From Octopus sinensis (lineage: Eukaryota), in contig NW_021826149.1 of the NCBI RefSeq assembly GCF_006345805.1, forward strand, positions 1-13,332: a stretch of DNA of 13,332 bases, in the 5' to 3' direction. The number at the start of each line of letters is the position of its first letter. The first letter of the stretch is position 1. The notes beneath the pieces are model-generated. The model ran no database searches. It was not told the origin of the DNA and was given only the letters and a program-made list of their open reading frames with translations. Below, one piece after another: positions 1 to 8,201 of the stretch. A program made the position numbers and the translations under genes.

Positions 1-30
1 CACACACACCACACACACATATATTACATA
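1..30. repeat. (CA)n/(TA)n microsatellite at window start
   Basis: Directly visible dinucleotide runs. Confidence 0.9.
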
Positions 31-815
31 TACAAATAAGAAATGGAGGAACAGTTTCCTTTCAATCATCAACTTACAGATAATACAAATTCATATAATT
101 TATTAACTAATTAAATAGAAACATCCAAATCCAACAGAATAAAACAGAATAAAACAATATACATCAATAAGTAAGATAATACCTTAAAAAATATTACATA
201 TAAAATGGATCTTACAGCTGTTTCAGCCTGTAGATAAAGGTAACATTTTACCTTCGTCCATCTAATACAATAAATGAACTAATTGCATTGCAGTTGTAAG
301 CATTTATGTATTAGCCTTTTGGGTACTTCACTGGCAGTATATTGGATAACTGATATCCCATAGTGGGTTACACTCATAACCCCTATCTCACTTTGTACTT
401 TTATATATACATATACATATATATGTATAGCTAAATAGATAGATATAGATATATAAAAGTAAGATCCAAGAATCAAGGAGCAAGAAATTACTTATCTTTA
501 AGCAGTCCATAGATATATAAAAAGACAACTTTCGGGAACAGTAATGGTTTATTGGCGGGGATGATTGTTAATTTTCCCCGCATCGAATTAAGATAAGCTG
601 AAAAAAGTTTATTTTATAGCTCCTGTTACGAACTGGGGTTGTTTTATATGCGAATAAACATCCCAAAATTAGGGAATGGAGTAGATAAAATCCAGGCTAG
701 ACGTTTTAGAGCTAGCGGAAACTCGGAAATAGTAATTATCCAAACGAGGAGTAGACCTCAAACTACACTTCAGGCTAAGAATATCTTGATTATACGAAGT
801 TTCCATTGTTATTGG

Positions 816-877
816 GAGATCCCGTGTTAACTCGCAGGGGAATCGATCGAACACCCAGCGAATTAACACGGGACCTC
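816..877. other. ~62-nt imperfect hairpin
   Basis: tcccgtgttaa (820-830) is the exact reverse complement of ttaacacggga (863-873). Pairing continues with gag/ctc outside and tcgc/gcga and ggg/ccc inside. Confidence 0.8.
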
Positions 878-974
878 ATCGAGAGTAGTAATTGCACCGC
901 TTGCTTTGAAACATATGTAGCCTGGGTTGTTGTATCTACTCTATTCCTTAATTTTTGTGTGTATATATATGTGA

Positions 975-1162
975 CCGCGTGTGTACTGTTGACAATTTTT
1001 TTCCCTCTGTCTTCCCTTCTCTGGGTCTTTCCTTCTCCTATGTTTCCGACGAAGGGCTCTGCTGGAAACGTTTAAACCCTCCTTCTTTCCTTCTTTGCTG
1101 AGCGTCCAATAATACTATTTGTTCCACGTCCTCGCGTTGTTGTGTTTTTTTGTTTGGATTAA
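975..1162 (+). mobile_element. Putative Penelope-like element (PLE) terminal/pLTR fragment
   Basis: Pyrimidine-rich segment containing a decayed minimal hammerhead motif typical of PLE pLTRs and ending at a (CA)n tract. No RT or GIY-YIG ORF is seen, and the boundaries are approximate. Confidence 0.4.
1042..1077 (+). ncRNA. Decayed minimal Type I hammerhead ribozyme motif
   Basis: gttt-CCGACGA-a-gggc-tct-gctg-GAAAC-GTT-t-aaac. Stem I is gttt/aaac and stem III is the palindrome ACGT. U4>C and a stem II closing mismatch suggest inactivity. Confidence 0.5.
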
Positions 1163-1164
1163 CT

Positions 1165-1179
1165 ACACACACACACACA

Positions 1180-1210
<31 letters not shown>

Positions 1211-1223
1211 TACATACATACAT

Positions 1224-1262
<39 letters not shown>

Positions 1263-1287
1263 CATACACACACATATATATATATAT
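1165..1287. repeat. Compound (CA)n/(CATA)n/(TA)n microsatellite
   Basis: Directly visible. Confidence 0.95.
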
Positions 1288-1803
1288 CTTGAAGTTGTTT
1301 TCATTATCGTCGATGTAACTCTTTAGTCCCGGATAATGGCGTACTATTAGCAATTAATTCTCTTAACCATATATACACTAAGACTACATTCTTCAGTTTG
1401 TTCATGCGTTTTAAGGGTGTGGCATTGTAGGGATTTTGTGTCTATTACTGACAGGTAAGCAATAATTATTTGGCTCAATTTACTCCTCATGTGTACCATC
1501 AAAATCCTTCTTCATGAAGAGCTGTGAGCTGTATCTGCTCCTAACGGAACGGACGAGCAAGTGCTTTCCATAATGCGATAATAACCTCGTAACAATAATA
1601 AAGATTTTTTCAGGTACAACCTAAAGGGAAATTCCCGTGGATTAAACGTAAGGACTATTAACACAACGAAGCAGGGTGTATGTTTATTAAACGTATCCAT
1701 ATGGACTTTTCACAAATTATCGACATACATGCAATCTCAGACTTTAGTCTATTTAAGACACACTTCCACTGAATGTATGCATGTATTTATGTATGCATGA
1801 AAT

Positions 1804-1866
1804 ACACACACACACACACACACACAACACACATAGAGCGAGTGAGAGAGAGAGAGAGAGAGAGAG
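1804..1866. repeat. (CA)n followed by (GA)n microsatellite
   Basis: Directly visible. Confidence 0.95.
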
Positions 1867-2035
1867 CAGAAAGAAAAAAGGATACATACATATGTCTAAC
1901 TATATCATTATCTATCTATCTATCTTTCTATTAGAATTCTGTATCTAGATATATACATACATGAACATATATGTGTGTGTGTGCATGTGGTGGTGTGTGT
2001 GTGTTTGTATATGTGTGATTTTGTGCATGTACACG

Positions 2036-2069
<34 letters not shown>

Positions 2070-2070
2070 A
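2036..2070. repeat. (TA)n tract forming the left flank of the ribozyme array
   Basis: Directly visible, with one interruption. Confidence 0.95.
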
Positions 2071-2482
2071 CAATAAAATGGTAAATAATTTTCCTGTGGG
2101 TTTTCATGTAACCAACAATTATTTACCGGTAAATTTCGGTATGTAAATACGACAAAATAATTGTCAAGACCTTGTAAGGTTCAGTATATAGTAAAGAAAA
2201 TAAGTTGGCTAGCAGCAAGCTGTTTCGCCTCATACCGAAGGAATTAGAAATGGCAGTCAAAGACCGTTTTTTCCATTTCTATAAGTGGAGATTCCAAAAA
2301 ACGAAGGCCCTTGCGGCTCACATACACAAAAACGGAGTGGCAAATATACGAATTCAGTCACTTACCGTTAATAGCGAACACGGTGTTTCTGGATCACAAA
2401 CATATAAAAAAAGGGGAGTTTGAATTCCGTCATCAGCGCTATATTCGATAGCTTTATCAAATGCCACCCAGCCCTCACTTCT
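2068..2482 (-). repeat. Inverted partial copy (~415 bp) of the unit
   Basis: The reverse complement matches ~2942-3356 apart from a few substitutions and homopolymer indels. Confidence 0.97.
2363..2450 (-). ncRNA. Type I hammerhead-like ribozyme, copy 1 (intact core)
   Basis: The minus strand reads tatcg-aat-atagcg-CTGATGA-c-ggaattcaaac-loop-gtttgtgatcc-a-GAAA-cac-c-gtg-TT-cgctat-taa-cggta. Confidence 0.75.
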
Positions 2483-2971
2483 GTGTTCGCTATTAACGGT
2501 AAGTGACTGAATTCGTATATTTGCCACTCCGGTTTTGTGTATGTGAGCCGCAAGGGCCTTCGTTTTTTGGAATCTCCACTTATAGAAATGGAAAAAAAAA
2601 ACGGTCTTTGACTGCCATTTCTAATTCCTTCGGTATGAGGCGAAACAGCTTGCTGCTAGCCAACTTATTTTTCTTTACTATATACTGAACCTTACAAAGG
2701 TCTTGACAATTATTTTGTCGTATTTACATACCGAAATTTACCGTAAATAATTGTTGGTTACATGAAAAACCACAGGAAAATTATTTACCATTTTTATTGT
2801 ATTACCATGTGGATTCCTCATTCCATTACGATTACCCAGATGGCGCGCATGGCAGAAATTTGGAGGGAAAATTTACGTTCCCAGTCGTTACTTGGTTTTA
2901 ACATCTGCGCACTTCCCCCCACTATCTGATGTCGCGGGGTCAGAAGTGAGGGCTGGTGGCATTGATAAAGC

Positions 2972-3059
2972 TATCGAATATAGCGCTGATGACGGAATTC
3001 AAACTCCCCTTTTTTTATATGTTTGTGATCCAGAAGCACCGTGTTCGCTATTAACGGTA
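2972..3059 (+). ncRNA. Type I hammerhead-like ribozyme, copy 2 (GAAA>GAAG at 3036, likely impaired)
   Basis: CTGATGA at 2986-2992 with the same stems as the other copies, but position 15.1 is G instead of A. Confidence 0.6.
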
Positions 3060-3526
3060 AGTGACTGAATTCGTATATTTGCCACTCCGGTTTTGTGTAT
3101 GTGAGCCGCAAGGGCCTTCGTTTTTTGGAATCTCCACTTATAGAAATGGAAAAAACGGTCTTTGACTGCCATTCTAATTCCTTCGGTATGAGGCGAAACA
3201 GCTTGCTGCTAGCCAACTTATTTTTCTTTACTATATACTGAACCTTACAAAGGTCTTGACAATTATTTTGTCGTATTTACATACCGAAAATTACCGGTAA
3301 ATAATTGTTGGTTACATGAAAAACCACAGGAAAATTATTTACCATTTTTATTGTATTACCATGTGGATTCCTCATTCCATTACGATTACCCAGAAGGCGC
3401 GCATGGCAGAAATTTGGAGGGAAAATTTACGTTCCCAGTCGTTACTTGGTTTTAACATCTGCGCACTTCCCCCCACTATCTGATGTCGCGGGGTCAGAAG
3501 TGAGGGCTGGTGGCATTTGATAAAGC

Positions 3527-3614
3527 TATCGAATATAGCGCTGATGACGGAATTCAAACTCCCCTTTTTTTATATGTTTGTGATCCAGAAACACCGTGTT
3601 CGCTATTAACGGTA
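3527..3614 (+). ncRNA. Type I hammerhead-like ribozyme, copy 3 (intact core); predicted cleavage after U3600 (GUU)
   Basis: Stem I is atagcg 3535-3540/cgctat 3601-3606, extended by tatcg/cggta beyond a 3x3 internal loop. CTGATGA is at 3541-3547, stem II at 3549-3559/3576-3586, GAAA at 3588-3591 and stem III is ACAC-C-GTGT. Confidence 0.78.
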
Positions 3615-3784
3615 AGTGACTGAATTCGTATATTTGCCACTCCGGTTTTGTGTATGTGAGCCGCAAGGGCCTTCGTTTTTTGGAATCTCCACTTATAGAA
3701 ATGGAAAAAACGGTCTTTGACTGCCATTTCTAATTCCTTCGGTATGAGGCGAAACAGCTTGCTGCTAGCCAACTTATTTTTCTT

Positions 3785-3787
<3 letters not shown>

Positions 3788-3820
<33 letters not shown>

Positions 3821-3846
3821 ATGTATGTATATATATATATATATAT
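3788..3846. repeat. (TA)n tract forming the right flank of the ribozyme array
   Basis: Directly visible. Confidence 0.95.
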
Positions 3847-4248
3847 CTATGCGTGCACGTGTGCTAATACGCCAATAACCAAACATGTGTATATAAACTA
3901 TGTAATTAAAGGTATATCACAGCTTAATATATACGAATGTATCGGAATACACACCGGATGTACTGCAGATGTTAGCCATATTGTGTTCTGTTTCACATCC
4001 ACTTAGTCCCTCTAACATACATACATACATCCGTCGAATACCTGCATGAATAGAATGATAACGGGAATGAATTTCTTTTATATAACCTCCTCTGATGTAT
4101 ATATAGACACATACAAATGGACGCTCAAACTCACACTCCAAACACACGCGCGCGCACATTCGCTTATTTAGCAAATAGAAAATGTAGGTTGCAAAATCTA
4201 AGAAAGAAAAGTGTAATCGACATCTGTTGAAACGGAAACAGTCTATCT

Positions 4249-4482
4249 TATGTATGTATGTATGTATGTATGTATGTATGTATGTATGTATGTATGTATG
4301 TATGTATGTATGCATGTATGTATGTATGTATGCATGCATGTATGTATGCATGTATGTATGTACGCATACATGCATGCATGTATGCAAGTATGTAAGCATA
4401 TGCATGCGTGTATGGTTGTATATATATATATATATAATATATGTATGTATATATAGAGAGAGATATGTATGTATATGCATGC

Positions 4483-4513
<31 letters not shown>

Positions 4514-4546
4514 TAATATATGTGGTGTGGTGTGTGTGTGTGTGTG
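4249..4546. repeat. Compound (TATG)n/(TA)n/(TG)n microsatellite
   Basis: Directly visible; it explains ORFs 3917-4555, 4227-4547 and their overlaps. Confidence 0.97.
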
Positions 4547-4866
4547 AAGGCGCATGGCTCAGTGGTTAGAGAGTCGAGCTTACGATCGTGTGGTTGTGAG
4601 TTCGATTGTTATGTGTTCTTGAGCAAGGCACTTTATTTCACGTTGCTTCAGTTCACTCAGCTGTAGAAATGAGCTGTGATGTCACTGGTGCCAAGCTGTA
4701 TCGGCCCCTTTGCATTTCTCTTGGTTAACATCAGTTGTGTGGAGAGGGGAGACTGGTATGAATGGGCGACTGCTGGCCTTCCATAAACACCTTTGCCCGG
4801 ACTTGTGCCTCGGAGGGTAACTTTCTAGGTATAATCCCATGGTCAGTCATGATCAAAAGGGGTCTC
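4546..4866 (+). mobile_element. tRNA-derived SINE with CORE-like central domain
   Basis: Box A TGGCTCAGTGG (4555-4565) and Box B-like GAGTTCGATT (~4598-4607), followed by ttgagcaaggcac...cagctgtagaaatg, which resembles the CORE domain. Confidence 0.85.
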
Positions 4867-4960
4867 CTCCTATATATATATATATGGCTGAATGTATGTC
4901 ACATCAACATATGTCTTTATGTGTATCTGTTTACATGCACACTTATCTATATAAATATAT

Positions 4961-5189
4961 ATTTCTTTACTACCCACAAGGGGTTAAACACAGAGGGGAC
5001 AAACGAGGACAGACAAACGAATTAAATCGATTACATCGGCCCCAGTGCGTAACTGGTACTTAATTTATCGACCCCGAAAAGATGAAAGGCAAAGTCGACC
5101 TCGGCGGAATTTGAACTCAGAACGTAACGGCAGACGAAATACGGCTACGCATTTCGCCCGGCGTGCTAACGTTTCTGCCAGCTCGCCGC
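4961..5189 (-). mobile_element. tRNA-derived SINE (family A), full length
   Basis: The minus strand starts gcggcgagcTGGCAGAAACGTTAG and has Box B GAGTTCAAATTCC. It is homologous to 9271-9476, 12731-12891 and 12959-13156 in this window. Confidence 0.85.
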
Positions 5190-5195
5190 ATACCT

Positions 5196-5276
5196 ACACA
5201 CACTCACACACGCACACACAAACACACACAACACACACATACACACACACACACACCACACACACACACACACACA
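5196..5276. repeat. (CA)n microsatellite
   Basis: Directly visible. Confidence 0.95.
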
Positions 5277-5603
5277 TTTTATACTGATTAGAAGCGCTAA
5301 CCAGTGATTGAGAGAAACATATACTTGTTACCAGTTCAAATATGTTTTTGAGATATTTGAAACCGAGCTAATCAAATGCACATAAAACAGCAGATGCTTC
5401 GGGACAGGGGTGTGCAAATATAACAAGGAACCAGAAGCATAGATGGCCATCTGGATATGTGCAGCGGAATATGTTGCTTCAGATTTCTTAAGAAACGTAG
5501 ATAATTTTACAAAAGTTCTTAGGTAAATGCTCTAATACCCCTATATGAATGCATGTATATATGTATCTGCACGTCTATGCCAAACTATGCCTGCGGATGA
5601 GCA

Positions 5604-5611
5604 TGTGTGTG

Positions 5612-5672
<61 letters not shown>

Positions 5673-5706
5673 GTCTGTCTCTCTCTCTCTTCCCCTCTCT
5701 GTACTG

Positions 5707-5749
<43 letters not shown>

Positions 5750-5813
5750 ATATATATATATTATATATGTATACACACACCACAACAACACAACACACAC
5801 ACACACATATATA
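5604..5813. repeat. Compound (TATC)n/(TC)n/(TA)n/(CA)n microsatellite
   Basis: Directly visible. Confidence 0.97.
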
Positions 5814-6199
5814 TCTTCTAGAATCGACACACCCTCTTGAAAAACAAAAAAAAAATCATCTTTTTGCATTTCTCTAGATATATAGGTAACGTCATTGAGT
5901 TACACGAATGCATTTATTGTCCATCAGTATCATATAAATACAAATAACCTCGCTAGAAACATGCTAGAAAAATTCAATAAACAGTTATAGTAACATAGTT
6001 AACTCATTCCCATCCTTACCAAACTACGCAGTTTGAAATTCCTTAATAGAATCTAATAACTTAACAAACATTCAACTTTGGTCTGATCTGTACTGTGTGA
6101 CCAACAGATTTATCTACATTTTTGTGGGGAAATCTTAAACAAATAAAAGGCAACATTTTATACAAAGAATAATATCGTAACTTGAATGTCACACACCTA

Positions 6200-7451
6200 C
6201 GAGAGTCGGCTGCAGATTTCATAAGCTGACTAAGTTTGTCTCATGTAATGTGACCAAATGATGTTTATTTTTAAGCATAGTCCCCCTTGCATCGTTGCTT
6301 GCATAGTCCATCTCCCATCGGTGCTGCACTACTTGGATCTTGTTGGTAAAAAACTTTCTTCCTGTTGATCAAAAACCGTCAACAGCAGATATGACATCAT
6401 CATCACTGTAAGATTGGTTCCAACCAAGTTTTTTTGTTTTTCATATTGGGGAAGATATGATAGTCAGATAAGGCCAAATCAGGAGACTAGGGAGGGTGAT
6501 CAACCAGTTCAAAGCCACAGTCAGTAAGGCAGCCATTGAAAGCATGGACTTGTGTGCTGGAGTATTGCCCTGATGAAACAAGAACCCTTTTGTCAATTTC
6601 CCAGGTCGTTTGGTCTTGATAGCCATTCGCAGCTGCCTCAGCAAGTGATGGGCGATCCTTTTGAAGATAGTCAATAAACATAATGTTTTTTGCATCTCAA
6701 AAAAATGAGACCATCGCCTTCACTGCAGATGAAGCAAGCTTGGCATTCTTTGGAGCAAGTGTAGAGGGGTGTTTCCACTGCATGGATTGTCTCCTTGTCT
6801 TAAAGTGATGACGCGAACACTCATCCTGGCTTAGGAAACGTTCAAGGAAAGCAGCTGGATCAGCCTCAAGCAATGTCAGATTTTCTTGAGATGTGGTCAG
6901 CCTGTTGCGTTTTTAATCGAGTATCAGATGCGGTGCACAACGAGCAAAAACCTTCGTCATGTCAAGTTCATCATGCAGAATATTTTCAATTCCTTTTATT
7001 AGCATTGGCTATTTAATCTATAGTCAGTCATCTGTCATCCATCACCATGTGAGGAACACAGTCAATGTTTTCCTCGGTGGTGGGAGTTGCAGGACGTCCT
7101 GACCTTCAAGACTCTCCCTTCCCATGCTAAATTCAGTTGCCCACAACTGTACTGTTGATAAAGCAATGAGCGTCATCACTTAATGTAGCAACTATGTCAG
7201 AATGAATGTCGTTGGGAGATAAACCTTTTTTCTGCTTGTCCTTGATACCACCACAATGCCAAGTCTCTTGTCCGTTTCAAGAGGGGTCGCAACAAGTTAC
7301 TTTTGAAGTCTTCACTGAACAGTCAGATGTCAGTTTGTCTGGAAAGAAAACATGCAGTTATTAAGAAGAGTTGAAAATAATGCAAGCAAGATTTCGCAGA
7401 TCAAGCATCAATCCTTCATAGGCAGCCTATCAACTTTTAAGCCCACCCTTG
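6200..7451 (-). mobile_element. Decayed full-length mariner (Tc1/mariner) DNA transposon, ~1.25 kb
   Basis: Degenerate TIRs: tacgagagtcggctgcagatttcataagctgactaag at 6198 versus the reverse complement of the 7453 end, tacaagggtgggcttaaaagttgataggctgcctatg, give 26/37 matches. TA dinucleotides flank at 6198-6199 and 7452-7453, and there is an internal transposase relic. Confidence 0.92.
6265..7275 (-). pseudogene. Mariner transposase pseudogene (stops, frameshifts)
   Basis: Pieces translate to ESLE..SGRPAT, TKVFARCAPHL (WVPHL motif), SQDE (first catalytic D), FIDYLQK, LLRQLRMAIKTKRPGKLTKGFLFHQGN (second D>G), P*SPDLALSDYHIFPNMK (YSPDL motif) and GDYA*K* (GDYVEK end). Confidence 0.93.
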
Positions 7452-7959
7452 TAAATTTGACACATCTGTTTATAAAAGTTAATTCCCCACTTGACTGAAC
7501 CCTAAACTATAAAAGATTCCTAAATCAAACCCAAATAAATCATTTCACCATAACCTATCAACCAAAAATCTACAAGCATACTTTCTTCCTATCCTCCTTT
7601 ATCCACCTTACTACACAACCACTTCTTTGATCTACTTACGTCACACGTAATTAATCATTTTATATAGCTCCGTCTACCTATTTCATTATGCCGGCTACCG
7701 TCTAATGATATTGACTAGCTAGATTGGCCTTCATACTGGCAAGAAGGGAAAAATATCCCTCAGTGATTCATCCAATAATGCAGTATCCCTTGATGAAATG
7801 AATCAATGATAATGATCAACCGGATGCCCACGGATAATACGGACTATGCTCTATTAATCCCAAGATACTGACTCTGATGTGAAAATCATGTGATTTGTGG
7901 AAACGTGCGTAGCAATGTATGAAATATTTACAAATTCCATCATAGAATTATTGTCATTA

Positions 7960-8020
7960 TATTCTTTTATTCTTTTACTTGTTTCATTCATTTGACTGCG
8001 ACCATGCTAGAGCACCGTCT
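7960..8020 (-). mobile_element. 3' fragment of SINE family B
   Basis: cttttacttgtttcattcatttgactgcgaccatgctagagcaccg matches the tail region at ~10630-10678. Confidence 0.85.
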
Positions 8021-8115
8021 GTATATATATGGGGCAGCTGGTGATGGAAGTATGCTGGATTGTTGGTATGGCTGTTTTTGTATATGTAGAATAGTGTTAT
8101 AATACATCCTTTTGA

Positions 8116-8158
8116 ATATATATACATACACACATATGTATATATATATATATATATA

Positions 8159-8201
<43 letters not shown>
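8116..8201. repeat. (TA)n-rich microsatellite
   Basis: Directly visible. Confidence 0.95.

Larger units (their letters stand above)
2068..3793. mobile_element. Retrozyme-like (hammerhead-bearing, non-autonomous) insertion: inverted partial copy plus ~2.35 tandem copies of a ~555-bp unit
   Basis: The repeat structure and hammerhead core motifs are read directly from the sequence. Classification as a retrozyme/PLE-dependent element is inferred from known architectures. Confidence 0.7.
2483..3793 (+). repeat. Head-to-tail tandem array: units start at 2483, 3041 and 3596 (periods 558 and 555 bp); the third unit is truncated at (TA)n
   Basis: gtgttcgctattaacggtaag recurs at 2483, 3041 and 3596, and the copies are near-identical. 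Confidence 0.97.

Noticed and set aside
180-390. Several 5-6-bp hairpins (ggtaa/ttacc, ggata/tatcc, gggtta/taaccc)
   Set aside because: The count is close to what chance gives in AT-rich DNA, and no motif is recognised.
555-581. Hairpin gcgggga/tccccgc with an E2F-like TTGGCGGGGA
   Set aside because: A single 7-bp stem and short motif with no supporting promoter context.
790-885. Minus-strand CTCGATGAG...GAAACTTCGTA around the 816-877 hairpin, resembling a hammerhead
   Set aside because: The core has an insertion, 12 unpaired nt separate the stem from GAAA, and no stem I pairing exists.
2205-2423. 72-aa ORF (and copies 2971-3216, 3554-3886) in the repeat unit
   Set aside because: It lies antisense to the ribozyme strand, starts at TTG, is frameshifted in two of four copies and has no recognisable domain. 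It is most likely incidental.
3181-3215. ATGAG-G-C-GAAAC-AGC-TT-GCTG-CTA inside the unit, resembling a second hammerhead
   Set aside because: The CUG part of the core is missing and position 16.1 is not U, so it is not a supportable ribozyme. It could be revisited with a family consensus.
2483-3793. CRISPR array or viral genome interpretation of the tandem repeat
   Set aside because: The whole unit is repeated with no unique spacers, there are no cas or viral ORFs, and the context is eukaryotic.
3917-4555. Long ORFs here and at 1038-1353, 5545-5877, 9525-9836 and 10802-11807
   Set aside because: These are translations of microsatellites (YVCM, IYLS, HT repeats), which lack stop codons by construction.
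5320-5530. ~67-codon stop-free frame on the minus strand (KSEATYSAAHIQMAIYASGSLL...)
   Set aside because: Splice signals are weak and no homology is recognised. A frame of this length is expected by chance.
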